Shown here piece after piece: positions 29,203 to 45,040 of a stretch of DNA of 64,000 bases. The stretch comes from the human T2T-CHM13v2.0 reference genome, Homo sapiens. How positions within the stretch are numbered: the stretch's first letter is position 1; each line of letters opens with the position of its first letter. The position numbers and the translations under genes are program-made. The stretch lies in the NCBI RefSeq assembly GCF_009914755.1, contig NC_060945.1; one strand, 5' to 3'. Below the pieces are notes generated by a model. It worked only from the letters and a program-made list of their open reading frames with translations. It had not been told where the DNA came from and did not search any database.

Positions 29203-30302
29203 CACCTAGGTGGGAGTGCTAGCTGGTGATCAGATTCTGGAGATGTTTTGAAAGTAGAGCCATCAGGATTTCCTAACAGACTGAATGAGGGCGTAAGAGA
29301 TTAAAAGGAGTCAAGGAGTCAAGAATCACTCGAAGGTTTTTTAAAAGTCTGAGACACTAGAAAAATAGAATTGTAATCAATAGAAATTAGAATTTGGTGT
29401 GAGGGAAGATTAGGGGTTTAGTCTGAACACATTGAATGTGAATGTTTATTAGATGTCCATGTGGAGATATCAAGTAGACAGCTCAATCTATGAGGCTAGA
29501 GCTCGGGACAGAGGTCTGGGCTGAAGGCACAAATCTGGAGAACCTGATCAATGCTTTGTGTTACTCAGACAAGCCAAATAGATGTAAGATGGAAATAACC
29601 GCCTATCTGCCCTTTTAGCATTGAAAACATGGTAGGAAATGCAGTTTCCTGTGATCACAATACTAGTCTGCATTAACAGTTACGTAACATGTGGCCACCA
29701 TCTCAATACACTCTGTCCTCGTCGGCTATTTGCTCGAGTTCTATGCCAGTTCTGTGGCTTAAGAGGAATGTGAAGAATGTGGACAAAGCCTGGGAAAAAG
29801 CCAGCCATGTAGCTGAACGAAGGGAAGACAAATGAAATCTAGCAAACGTTAAAGGAAATGAGATGATTTAGTCAGGGATGATTAATAGCAACTGGTCTCG
29901 TACTCTGAATCAGGGAAGTCTAGATACTTGAAAGTAACCTGCCACCTTTACAGCAAGCAAACAAAAGAAAATGAGTTTTCATTGCAGCATGAGATTTTTT
30001 TTTTCATTTCAAGTCTTTTATCCCTAAAGCATGAGATATTTAGACTAGAAATAAAAGAGGAAAACTAGCACCTATTTAACACCTACTACATTAGGTGTTG
30101 GCCTAAACACTATTGCATTTTAATATACATTAAGATCCTTGAGGTAGAAATTCTCATTTTATACATCAGAAAAGCAGGATTCTAAAAGGTTAGGTAAGTT
30201 CACAAGCAGGAAAGCTGCAATTCAAATCTGGGTTGAATGAGTCCAAAGCTCGTGTACTTATTAAAATACATCAAATTTCTTAACAGAAATTGATAAAAGT
30301 AG

Positions 30303-30476
<174 letters not shown>

Positions 30477-30926
30477 TAGAAGAGCTTCTTATCTGTCCAG
30501 TATATTTTCATAAACTAGATCTACCTAAAACCAAAGGAATAGAAGAAGCCAGTTTTCAAATTATCTCTTAGTCCTAAGCAGTTATGATTCTAGATTCTGA
30601 AAACAGTCTAAATTCTGAAAACAGTCCCACTACCACCAGCACCACGAACTATTTTTGTTCCTATTTTCCTATTCTATAGTAAACTATATATTCACCTTCT
30701 AAAACACATATGAAATTCTATAATTTAAGATTTAAAGTAATCCCATACATAACTCAGGAGTCAAACATCCTAGGCTTAAACAGATCTTGTTTTGTTTGAC
30801 TTTAGAACAAATGATTCTAAAGATTCTAAAGTAAGATGACCTTGCAATGGATTTATGAGGGGTTGGGCTGTGCTCACTGTGTTGAAAGAACCAGTAATTA
30901 TTTTCACGGATAAGAAAGCCTGGGAT

Positions 30927-31229
30927 GGCCAGGCACGGTAGCTTACGCCTATAATCCCAGCACTTTGGGAGGCTGAGGCGGGCAGATCACCTGAGGGCGG
31001 GAGTTCGAGACCAACCTGACCAACATGGAGAAACCGCATCTCTATTAAAAATACAAAATTAGCCGGGCGTGGTGGTACATGCCTGTAATCCCAGCTACTC
31101 AGGAGGCTGAGGCAGGAGAATCGCTTGAAGCCGGGAGGCGGAGGTTGTGGTGAGCAGAGATCACACCATTGCACTCCAACCTGGACAACAAAAGCGAAAT
31201 TCTGTCTCAAAAAAAAAAAAAAAAAAAAA
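30927..31229 (+). mobile_element. AluSp-like
   Basis: Alu dimer; TSD gaaagcctgggat. Confidence 0.92.
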
Positions 31230-31568
31230 GGAAAGCCTGGGATGATGTCCCAGAAGCAAAAAAAAATTGCATTAACACAACTTAACAAGCACCTCATATT
31301 ATCCATAAGCCAAAGCTTAAGCAGGAAAAGTCCACCTGAGTCAAAGAACACACTCTCTGATGAGTGGCAGAAACTTGGGTTGCTTGCTACTGACAGAACT
31401 GCATAAATTAAGATGAAACTCATTACAATTTTCACTCACCCCCGGAAACTTCCGGAGGACCAGAGCTAAAAGGGCCATAGAGAACATTTAGGCTAAACTC
31501 CTCTTTTTATGAGAAAGTAGGATTACTGGCTGCAAATTAGCCTAAGTAGAGACTGGCATATTGTTTCA

Positions 31569-31944
<376 letters not shown>

Positions 31945-31999
31945 AGAAGTCATCCAGCACTAAGGCTTCCACCCGAGACATGTCCTGCTGAGCAGCAGT

Positions 32000-32240
32000 C
32001 CTGTAGCGTTGTTGGGAAACAGGGTCTGGAGCCAGGCGGTCGGGGTCTCAAATCTCAGCTCCACCACCCCATAACTATATAACCTTGGCACCTTACTCAC
32101 TTCCATGCCTCAGTTTCTTCATCTATGATACAGAAACAGTATTTACCTTACAGGGTACTGACAGACATAAATGTAACAAACGTAACACACTTAAAGCCAT
32201 GACTGGTACTCAAGAAGTATTAGGTATTCTTATTTAATTA
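32000..32240 (+). mobile_element. MIR
   Basis: tctggagccagg...aaatctcagctccacc...cctcagtttcttcatctat. Confidence 0.7.
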
Positions 32241-32419
32241 TTCTCTCCCTGGCACCACCAGCATCCTCTCCCACAGACTGACACTGTCCGCTTGCTCACG
32301 GCCCGTAACAACCAGCCTGAATAGTTACCTTACAGGTCAGGTCTAGGAACCACCTCTGATTCTATGATTCTTGAGAGGAAAAAAGCTGTCTGGTCAAGTA
32401 TCCAACCCTGGTGGGTAAG

Positions 32420-32899
32420 TGTTGTCAATGGAGTACAAGCATAGCCCCCTGGACCTGCCCTCAAACTGTGGAGGGTCTAGGGCTTTACCCTACTTGCAAG
32501 CTTGCAAGCTAACAAGCTAGCATGCTAGAGTCTTACAGACACTGGCAGAAGACACAAACTCTTGAGTCTGAGACCAAGAACTTGTTATAGCAACAGCCAT
32601 AGCCAGAGCATTTATGCCAGTTTAAGACCCAATTCCACAAGGCCACATACATGCTGTGTGGGCTGTGTCACAGGAGAGGAACCCCAAGCTCTGGCTGAAC
32701 TTTGCCCTAGAGGGAAACATTATCTTTACTACATAAGGGTAAACAAACCTACCCTTTTTGCTCTGGAAGGAGACAGTATCTCTGTCCTCTAAGGATGTCT
32801 GCTATACACACATCCTTGAAAAGCTAGCCAGAAACAAAGGAGGTCAGTTCCTCTGCTCTTAACACATGAAGAAACAGGAGTGACCCTTGTGTCTCGACA
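32420..32899. mobile_element. Old LTR element, family uncertain
   Basis: tg...ca-bounded ~480-bp segment with ERV-LTR-like motifs (tttaccctacttgcaagctaacaag). Confidence 0.45.
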
Positions 32900-34580
32900 A
32901 TATCTAAATAAATGAAGACATATACTTGTGTTCATGGATTGTAAGTCTCAATATTGCTAAAGTGTCAATTATCCCCCAAAATGAACTGTTGATTCAACAC
33001 AATCCCAATAAAAATTCCAACAGGATTCTTTTTGGTAGCAAGTGACGAGCTGATTTTTAAATTCATATGGAAAGGCAAAGGGCTTAAAAATAGCCAAAAC
33101 AACCTTGAAAGAGAACAAAGTTGGACGACTTATACTACCTGACTTTAAGATTTATTATAAAGCTATCAAGATTTATTATAAAGCATGGTATTGGCATAAT
33201 GATCCAAAAATAGATGAATGGAACAGAACAGAATCCAAAATGACCTTCACATGTATTGTCAACTGACTGTCAACAAGGTGCAAAGGCAATTCCCTGGAGA
33301 ACAAAGTCTTCAAAACAAATGGTACTGGATCAACTAGATAGAAAGTCTTATGCAAAAAAACAAAGCAAACGATAAAAATAAAAACAACAACAACAACAAA
33401 AACTCTCACCACAAACAGATACCAATTCAAAACAAATCATATACCTAAACGTGAAATGCAAAACTATAAAACTACTAGGAGAAAACACATTAGAAAACCT
33501 TTGTGACACTGATTTAGGAAAAAATTTCTACAACAAAAGCATGCTTCTTCGAAGAAAAAGAATTATAAACTTTATCACAATTAAGATAGGTCTTCTGCTC
33601 TTCAGAAGATGCTCTTAAGAGAATGAAAGATGAGCCACAAGCTGGGAAAAAATATTTTTCCAACACATTTGTCAAAGGACACAAACCGAATACATAAAGA
33701 ACTCTCAATATTCAGTAAGAATCTATCCAATTTTTTTAAAATAAACAAAACATACAAACAGATATCATCAAAGAAGTTACGTGAATGGCAAAACATGAAA
33801 AGATACTCAACATCATTAGTCACAACAAAAATACAAATTAAAACCACAGTGAAGTATCACGGTATCCCTATTGGAATGTCTAAAATTAAAGAGAATGACC
33901 ATACACTAATACAATGCTGCTGGGAATGTAAGATGGTACAAGCACTTTGGAAAACAGGGTGGCAGTTTCATAAAAACTAACATGCACCTACCACATGTCT
34001 CAGTGATCCCACTTCTAGGTATTTACCCAAGACAAACAAAAGCATATGTCCATGCAAAGACTTGTACAAGAATGCTCCCAGCAGCTTTATGTATAGTAGT
34101 CAAAAGCTGGAGACAACCCAAATGTCCATCACTAGCTGAATGAATACACAATTGTGGCATATCCACAACATGGAATATTTAGCAATAAAAAATAATGACC
34201 TATTAATAGACACATGGATAGACATGGATGGGTCTCAAAATCAACATGGATGGATCTCAAAATAATTATGCTGAGTGAAAGAAGCACGGCAAAAAAGAAT
34301 ACAAACTATGATTCCACTTATATAAAATCAAAGAAAATGAAAACTAACTACAGCGCAGAAAGGAGGCGAGTCACTCTCTGGAAAGCAGGGAGAGGAGCAG
34401 GAAGGAGGGACCACAAAGGGGCACAAAGTGCCTTTGGAGGTGATGGGTTTGCACATTACCTTGATTGTGATAATAATTTTACAGGTGGACATTTATATCA
34501 ATACTTATCAATTGTTCACTTTAAATATATGCAACTTATTACATGTCGATTACACATCAATAAAGCTATTTTTTAAAAAA
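32900..34580 (+). mobile_element. Old L1M 3' fragment (end of ORF2 and 3'UTR)
   Basis: L1 ORF2-like remnants (IKTTVKYH, CWECKMVQ). Confidence 0.85.
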
Positions 34581-35191
34581 GCATTCACCACCAAATGGAA
34601 CTGACACTAAAAAAAAGAGGTTAATTTGAATCATAAAAAAATAAGGAAAATTAATTTATTTTTATACATGGGTGAAATGTATACTCATTAAACAACATAT
34701 AGTGTTAAAAATTATGATGAAATTGGGACAGAACTTTAGGTTAGATTGGTAGTTAAGGGTGAAGAGGAAAGGATGCAGTAAAGATAGCTTTTTAAAGAAA
34801 TTTTAAAACACACACATACTATACATGTGTACTTCTCTTCATAGCTGCAGTGTCTTTCCAATTTCTTTTTACCCAAATTATTTAACAATGGGTCTTCTCT
34901 TTTATCTGACAGAACCACATACCCACATAGAGTACTGTGCTGTAATAGAGAATGGGATAGGCTGATGCTGTTTACCTGCTGTTTTATAAGAGACAATTTC
35001 TCTTTGTGTTGTAGGGACACCAGTAAATTATAACCAAATTGAAAGCAATACTTCAGAAACAGAACTAGAGTAAACTTAACATACCAAGAAATTTTCTAAA
35101 ATTTGACTTTTTTTAAAAGAAAGAACATCTTACAATCAATCCTACTTTCTAATACTTTAAAATTTCCTTCAGCTACAGAAGAACAGGTATA

Positions 35192-35724
35192 CAGTAGGCC
35201 CCTCTTATCCACAGTTTCACCTTCCACAGTTTCACTTAGCCAGTCAACCATGGTCTGGAAACATCAAATGGAAAAATCCAGAAATAAACAATTCTTAAGT
35301 TTTAAATTGCACACCATTCTGCGTAGCATGATGAAATCTCATGCTGCCATCCCACTCCATCCCATCAGGGACATGAATCATCCCTTTGTCCAGCATATGC
35401 TATGCGCCCTTTAGGTCACTCAGTAGCTATCTAGGTCATCAGGTCAACTGCTGTAGTACCACAGCACTGTTGTCCAAGTAACCCTTATTTTACTTAATAA
35501 TGACCCTAAAGCACAAGAGTAGCGGTGCTGGCTTATTATTATAATTGTTCTATTTTATTATTAGTTGTTGATAACCTCTATGCCTAATTATAAATTAAAC
35601 TTTACATACAGATGTATGAATGTTTAAAAATATAGTATATAGAGAGGATTTGGTGCTATCTCTGGTTTCAGACATCTACTAGGAAACTTGGAACGTATGC
35701 CCCGTGGATAAGGGAGGACTACTG
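35192..35724. mobile_element. MER44/Tigger-type DNA transposon, 43 bp from the HSF2BP exon donor
   Basis: Terminal inverted repeats cagtaggcccctcttatccac / gtggataagggaggactactg; TA on the left flank. Confidence 0.8.
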
Positions 35725-35767
35725 CATAACCCGTACAAGCAGCTGGACAGATAACCACCCCCCTTAC

Positions 35768-35871
35768 CACTCAAAAGCCACCACAGCAAAGGGATGAATC
35801 CTGGACTCTCGCTGATGTATTTCAAGCCTTTCAAATTGATGCTTACATTGTATAGGGACATCAGCATTAGC
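35768..35871 (-). CDS. HSF2BP: HSF2BP (MEILB2) internal coding exon, 104 nt (probably exon 8)
   Basis: Minus strand: ttttacatttcag|G CTA ATG...AGT G|gtaagg. Translates (V)LMLMSLYNVSINLKGLKYISESPGFIPLLWWLLS(D), contained in ORF 35679..35933. GT+G completes the Val codon with the upstream exon. Confidence 0.93.
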
Positions 35872-38521
35872 CTGAAATGTAAAAGAAAAAGGTGTTGGAA
35901 TGCTCCATCCACACTACATTTCACCCTAAACATACCTACTAGTTAAGAGGAACTTAACGTATTTAGAGCTTCCCTCACATTTTAGATGTCCAATTCTATA
36001 ATGTGAATTAATAACATCTGTCTACGTGAGGCTACAGGAAAATGGGAAACTTCAGCAATGATATCACATAATACCGCCTTTCATAGCCTCACATAATCAA
36101 GAGTCTCGATTGCAGAGAGGGTCCCACGGGAAGCCTCACAAACCATATTTATTGATTCATTTCTTTTATTACCAATCCTGCATTAACATACAGGTTACCC
36201 TCAATTTGTAAGAGTACTATACTCTCAAAGTTCAATTCAGCCATCTAAAACCTAATGACATATTTTCATTCAATGAACATTACGCATGACATCCAGGTAG
36301 CCAGGTCAGGCCACAGGACTACATAATCACAGTACAAGGAATGAAGAATACTACAACCCAACCATCCCTCACAACCAACAGAGCAGTTTACTGAATAGGA
36401 CAGGACTTTATAAGCTGTTTTGGGATTGAACCGTGGCTGGCAATGCAGAGTCTGATGAAAGTCAGAAACTACAGGACTTTGGTTTCTGCAAATACTGCAA
36501 AATACAGAGAACCCAAACACTTTACACTGCAGAGCAATAAAAAGGCTAGACAAATATTTTTTGCAAAGCCTTTGAAATAATGAATGAATTTGCAAGAAAT
36601 CAAAGGAAAACATCTCTGATCAGGAACAAAGTAAGAGCACAAAATCTTAGAGGAAAGTGCAAAAGATGCTACAATTCCAAAAGACTAGAGCTTCAGTTAC
36701 AGTGGCTTCACGCAGAGGGACCGAGCGAAAAGCCTCAGAGAGACACGGACATTCATTTCACAGGCCCTGCAGAAACCAGAAGAGAGGAAACTTTCAAGCT
36801 TAGCATGAATTCACATTTTTGGCAGGCCTGAAAAATCCCCAAGCCAGTAATTTTAATATAAAACAGACCTGGGATAGAAGCTCCCCCAGCTTCCTGGACA
36901 TTAAAGGAAAGGATCCTCAACCTGGTCTTCAAAGAATTCCCACAAATACATACTAGCAAATGGGAGTTCATAACAAAAATCATAATATGACGCATGAGAA
37001 AAAGAAGACCAGGTAAGCAACAGCCAGCACAAAGAACCAATAACAGGGCTAGAACCAAAAATTTTTCAGATACTAGAAGTATCAACTGCAGAATATAAAA
37101 CTGGTATGTTTAATGGGTGAAGATAATTTTAAAAGAAATTAAAAACATAATCAAGAAGCTAGGATTACTATTTTGAATGACCAGCCAATTCAAAAATAAC
37201 AGCAGAATGTACAAAAATGAAAACAATAATTAAAATGTAAAACTCAAGGGTAATTAGACACATGGAAAAGGAGAAATACTAAACAGAAAAGACAGCTTAA
37301 GAAACTACAGCAAGAAAGAAAAACAGATTAAAGAAAGATAAAAGTACAAGGAGGCAAAGGTGGAAAAGTTCAACATTCTTCCAAATAGGGTCCACAAAGA
37401 AAGAACAGAAAGAATGAAGGAAAAAAATGTTTCAAAAATATTTCCCAGAAATGAGTAAATATAAACCCTCAGATTCAGGAGGCACAAAAACATCTCAAGA
37501 AAGATAAAAAATAAATACAAATCTACACACATCACAATCAAACTTTAGAAAATTAAAGACAAATTTTGTAAAGCAGCCAGAGAGAAAGGACATATTACCT
37601 ATAAAAGAGTAATTACACCAAAAGCTGGGCTCTCTATATCTACCAAGGGTAAAGAGAAAATAATAATAAAGCTAGAATTGTGAACCCAGCAAAAATATTT
37701 TCAACAAAAGAGGTAAAGTAAAAATGTTGTCAAAGAAAATCTCAGACATTTTTAAATGTATCTGAACTGAAAGAATTTGAAGGACAGACTTCAGAAAAAG
37801 GAAAATGACGTTGGAAGAATGTTCTGAGATACAAGGAGGGAGTAAGTAAAGGGATGTGAGTGTACAGAAGTAAACACTGGGGGGTAAAAGCAGTCATTAA
37901 AATGTCTACTCTATGGGATTTTTGAAACTTTTCAACAGAGCTAAGATACAGTCCATGAATGCATATAATCCAGGATGTAAGTATTAGAGCATTCTAAGAT
38001 CCTTCTACTGTTTAGGTGAGAAAGACATTAATTACTTTCAAGTATACCAAATACATCAAATCATGCTTTAAAAAAGGGGCTATCACTGAAAGAAACAAGG
38101 GTAAACTTTCAAGACACTAGAAGAATAAAATGAACTCAGAAAAGATCTTAGTGACTTTGAAAGAAAGATAACAGAGTAAGACCCTGTTGAAAGAAAGAAT
38201 AGAAAAGGAACGAAAAGAGAAGAAGGGAGAGAGAGAAGGAAGAAAGACGGTGGGAGGAAGGGAAGGAGGGAGACAGGGAGGGAGGAAGCGAGGGAGAAAG
38301 AGAGGTAGGGAGGGAAAGATAACTTGGAAAAATCATAATAAAAAGAAAAACAAAATATGACAGAATAAATAAATCCAATTATTTCATTAATCACAAATGT
38401 TAATGAACAGGATACTCCTATTAAAAGGCATAGATTATAGATGGTTAGATTAAAGGAAAAACAAAATGCAACCATGGACTGTTTCAAAGAAACACACCTG
38501 AAACAAAAGTTTCCAGAAAGG

Positions 38522-38809
38522 GGCCAGGAGTGGTGGCTCACACCTGTAATCCCAGCACTTTGGGAGGCCAGGGTGGGCAAACTGCTTGAGGCCAGGAGTC
38601 CAAGACCACCCTGGCCAACATGGCAAAACCCTGTCTCTGCTGAAAATATTAAAAAATAGCCACATGTGGTGATGTGTACCTGTAGTCCCAACTACTAGAG
38701 AGGCTGAGGCAGGAGAATCTCTTGAATGCAGGAGGCAGAGGTTATAGTGAAGCAAGATCGCACCACTGCATTCCAGCCTGGGCAACAGAGTGAGACTCTA
38801 AAAAAAAAA
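38522..38809 (+). mobile_element. AluS
   Basis: Alu dimer; TSD aaaagttt(c/g)cagaaag. Confidence 0.9.
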
Positions 38810-38919
38810 GTTTGCAGAAAGTTGAAAGTAAAAGAATGGGAAAAGATATATCAAACAAATACTAATGAAAAAAGAAGAAAGAGAAGGCTGAGGTAGCTAC
38901 ATTAACAGAAAAGAAAACA

Positions 38920-39225
<306 letters not shown>

Positions 39226-39267
39226 AATGTTAAAAGAAGGGAAAGCATCTTTAAAAATTAAGAGGCT

Positions 39268-39562
<295 letters not shown>

Positions 39563-40135
39563 AAGGCTAAATATTTCATACTGAAAAGTTCAGTTCATCA
39601 GGAGGGTAGCATTTTAAACTTGTATGTACCTAATAATATAGCCTCAAAAATACATAAAGGCACAAATTGATAAAACTACAAGAAAATGCTGACCAGTCCA
39701 CAATAATGGTAGATTTTAAGGCACCTCTTATAGCACTTAATACATTAAGCTGATTCTCTGATCCACCACATAATTAAGTTAAAAATCATTTTTTAAGTAG
39801 GTTTTAAAACTCCAACATTTAGAAAACTGAAAGTACATCTCTATAAGAATAAGTCAAAGAAATTATGAGGAAAATTGGGAAACTGAACAAGAATGAATAT
39901 ACAAAAATAAAACTTGTGATGCTAGTGAAATACACACACACACACACACACACACAGCCTTTAATACTTATTCCAGAAAAAAATAGCTGCAGCAATGGCA
40001 GAGTAACTTGCATTGGACTAACCCTCCACCAATAAGAATCACAAATTCTGAACAAAATATAGGAACCATTTAAGGGGAATGGAAAGCAGCCAAAGGCAGG
40101 CAGAAACTGAAGAGAAGTGCCCCCTTGAAAGAAGA

Positions 40136-40449
40136 GGGGTGGCTCATGCCTATAATCCCAGCACTTTGGGAGGCCAACATGGGAAGACTGCTTGAGCCCG
40201 GAGTTCAAAACCAGCTTGGGCAACACAACAAGATCCCATCTCTTCATTAAAAAACAAACAACAACAGAAAAAAAACCATTAGATAGGCATGGTGACACAT
40301 GCCTAGAGTCTCAGCTACTCGGAAGGCTGAGGCAAGAGACTTACTTGAGCCCAGGGATGTCAAGGCTGCAGGGTTGTGACGGTGCCAGCCACTGCACTCT
40401 GGCCTGCGTGACAGAGCAGGACCCTGTCTCAAAAAAAAAAAAAAAAAAA
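40136..40449 (+). mobile_element. AluJ
   Basis: Diverged Alu dimer with A tail. Confidence 0.85.
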
Positions 40450-41010
40450 GAGAATTTTTTTTTATAAAGAGGCAAATATATTGAGGTTTAGACAAGGCCA
40501 CATAGCACCAGGCAGCGACCCTCAATCAGAAACCTGGGGATGACCAGCTTGAGAAGTAAAACCACAGAGTCCAGGGTCACCAGGGTGGAAAGAAAGGGAA
40601 GAAGATACCTAGAAAGGAGGGTTTCAGAACAAGGGAGCACTAAAATGTGCATGAAAACCCTCCAAGGTCCTGGCCTCTAAATGGCACAAGTGTGAGGCAG
40701 AGAAAGAGGGAGAGCTGCAAGGCAGAGGAATGAGGCACAGCTCTGCTGCAGACCACATCCAGAGAGCCAGAGCTCAGGTATGAGTCAGGCAAAGCTGACA
40801 GCCAGCTAGGACACACATAATTCCCTTCAGGAAAAGATAACAGAGTCCAGAGCCCCCACAACCTACCTTCTGCCACCTCCAGTACACATGCTATCAAATA
40901 AACACTGAACTAGCACAGCCGGCTAGGATGAGGAGAGTAAGCCACTTGCTTTGGGTGTAAATTTAAGGGAGTATCAAAATGCCCAGTGGCCCATATTTTT
41001 AAAAATGTAA

Positions 41011-41360
<350 letters not shown>

Positions 41361-41664
41361 CAAAATTTTAAATAAAGATGGAACTGGTCACATACTGGAG
41401 CCTAAGGCAAAAGGAAAAATCAGTAATACTGACCAAGTCCATTATAAAGGGACTAACTAAATATACTATGGTACATGTAACACATGCATGCCATAGAAAA
41501 TTTCTATTGTAGTTCTCTATTAAAATCTCTGGTTTCCCCACTAAACTTTGTCAAAAGCAAGCTCCGTGCCTTATCTTTATCATCTCACAAACTAGTATAG
41601 TAAGACTGGACACAATAAGCACTCAATTTATCTACTGAAAAGTGAATCAACTCCCAGTGATTAA

Positions 41665-42240
<576 letters not shown>

Positions 42241-42434
42241 TGAATTCAAAAGCTACTCACTAGTAACCTATTTAATGAGGTATTAAGGGCTACTCAAATG
42301 TAGTGTTCATGAGGAAAATTTAGCACCTTAACTAGAATTCAGTGAGGTGTCGAATCCAGTATTCCAAGAAAAGTTCCTGCTTCAGATCACAAACACAGAG
42401 AGTTGGAATTCCTTAGAATTAAATATATTGCCCA

Positions 42435-42555
42435 AGGCTGCTTTCACACAGGCAGTAACAGCAGAACTGAGTCACCGCAACAGAGATCGTACGACCCCAA
42501 GAGCCTAAAATATTTTCTGTCTGACACTTTACGGAAAAAGTTTGCTGACCTCTGC
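42435..42555. mobile_element. MER58-like hAT transposon fragment
   Basis: …aagagcctaaaatattttctgtctgacactttacggaaaaagtttgctgacctctg. Confidence 0.6.
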
Positions 42556-43055
42556 CTTACAGCATGAAACTAAGATAAACCAATCTTCTGTATGTCTTAA
42601 AAAGCAAAGCTAGCATCTGGTAATAACTGTAATACAGGGAAACCTTCTGAAAAGATGGCCAGTTGAAATTCTTTGCTGACTGCCATTTAGATTTAAGGTG
42701 GCAAAAACAACTCCCAAGTTGGCAGATGTCTTTAAATTTTCATATTTGGTCAAAATCAGTTATCCTTAAGAAGCTAAAATGAAACACATACTTACAACAA
42801 CCATGTTGCCACCTGAGACCTCACGTCACTGCCAAGATACATCTCACAGAAGACCAAAGACTTCTAGGTCACACAAGAGTTAGCAAAAAATAAACCCAAA
42901 AAACTGTTTCTTATGCAAATGTTTCGTCTAATATAACATTTCTATTCCAACCAAAAATATTTGTAAATAGTGTATCAAGTTTCCAATTATCAAGTCTAAA
43001 GAGACTGCCCATTCATTTTACTCTTCTAGTATTGAAATATTAAATGTTATTTCTT

Positions 43056-43347
43056 GGCCAGATGCAGTGGCTCATGCCTGTAATCCCAGCACTTTGGGAG
43101 GCTGAGGCGGGCAGGTCACTTGAGGTCAGGAGTTCGAGACCAGCCTGGCCAACATGGTGAAACCTCATCTCTACTAAAAATACAAAACTTAGCTGGGCGT
43201 GGTGGCGCACACCTGTAGTCCCAGCTACTCGGGAGGCTGAGGCAGGAGAATCATTTGAACCCGGGAGGCAGAGGTTGCAGCGAGCCAAGATGGCACCACT
43301 GTACTACAGCCTGGGCAATAAAGTGAGACTCGGTCTCAAAAAAAAAA
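43056..43347 (+). mobile_element. AluS
   Basis: Alu dimer; aaatgttatttct on both flanks. Confidence 0.92.
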
Positions 43348-44239
43348 GGAAGAAAGAAAATGTTATTTCTCAAACTAGTGTACTAAGTGTTAGACTTTTT
43401 CTTCCAATGACAAAAAAAAAAAAAAAAAGTAGGCAAATTCTGCTTCCTGCCACAAACCTCAGCAGAAAACCTGTTATACATGGGACTAACAGGCTCCAAA
43501 AGAGCAACTTCCCAGTCTCTGCAGTCTTGATCATCTAAGACACATCTGACATTTAAAAGGACTGAAAATATGGCTAAAATAAAGGTACTGGTGAACTCGA
43601 AATGCTACATAAGCAACACGAGTAACTCATCTTCGATAAAAAGCAAGTTCTCTTTACCTAAATATACAAGGTCTCAGGGCTGAACAAGCACAAGGTGTGA
43701 AAAGCAAGAAAGCACTCCTCCACAGGCCAACACAACTGAGTCACTAAAGGTAAAAGTGACAACTTGACCACCTTATTCTTCATCTTAAAAGAAAATATAA
43801 CTTGCAACCTACGAGTAACAGAATAAACACGCCCAGTACTTCAAAACAAACTAGCAATAAAAATAAGCAAGAAAAAGGAGTATCTGTGAAGTTCACTGCT
43901 CAGAAACAAGCCAATCAGTGATGCTAAACTGACCAAAATCTAAGGTAGTCAAATTAGCACCATAAAGTAATTCTACTGTACAATAAGTAATAAAATTCTT
44001 ACAAAAGACTGCATGTAATTTGAGAAAGCAATTGGCACAGCAATATTACATTTTTAGACCAAATTATTCTTGACAGAAACTTAAGAGGCCTACCAATTTT
44101 TCATTAGACAGAGTACAGTAAGTAATGACTTAACAGACTTTAGATTCTGTGCCTCTTTCCTCAGTCAAGTTAGAACCTAAAAACCTGTGGTCTATATCAT
44201 GTCATCCTCAAATATCTGTATGTCAATTTGTATCTATTA

Positions 44240-45040
44240 TGTTACAATGAAGACATACAAAAAGATATAAAGAATAATACAATACCCACCTCCCTGGTTA
44301 AGAAAGAAACCCTATAACCAGAGTTGAATTCCCTTGGTGAACGCTACCCAAAGGCGTGCTTCAGGGAGGTGTAACCACAGCTATGTCTGATATTTAAACT
44401 AGCCACGCATTGCTAATACTTTAGGTATGGAATCTTTTTTCTTTGCACGTCTGCATCAACAGCAGCATACTGCAGGCAATCTTCCACGCCATGGTGAGAT
44501 TTGTTTATGTTGATTTCTATAGCTCCAACCTATTTCCACTGATATATGCCAACTTTTTAACTAATCACAATTTATTTATCTGTTCTCCATCTTGTAGACA
44601 TTTAGGTAATTTCCTAGTTTGTGCTATTACAAACACCACTGCTATAACATTTTCTGTACAAGCATCCTGGTATCCTATGGAAAACGTTCTCTGGAGTACA
44701 CATGCAGACGGGGACTCTGTCCTCGGCATGTGCAGACACAGCCTCCACAGACACAGGCCAGCTGGCTCCACGTACCCTCCAGCAGCACATGGACAGGTGT
44801 AAGCTTCACTGTGGCTTCACGTCCAATCGGAAGCTTGTAATCATCAGACTGTGATTTTTTTTTCAATGAGAGGCACCGAAAAGGCATCTTATTAGGGTTA
44901 TAATTTGCTTTCCCCTGATTACTATGGAGAGCAAGAATCTTTCCCATGTTTATGAAGCTGCTGCGTGTTTTATTCTATAAATTGCCTGATTTTTTTCTTT
45001 TGCCTATTTGTGTATTTGGTTATTTGCCTTTTCCTTATTG
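44240..45040 (-). mobile_element. Old L1ME-like fragments
   Basis: Antisense L1 3'-like motifs (agacatttaggtaatttcc…tgtgctattacaaac). Confidence 0.55.

Noticed and set aside
30776-31435. 219-aa ORF and similar ORFs (38083-38691, 41707-42243)
   Set aside because: Largely Alu-derived or low-complexity translation.
35679-35933. 84-aa ORF as a stand-alone gene
   Set aside because: Only 35768-35871 is exonic; the rest is read-through across the splice sites.
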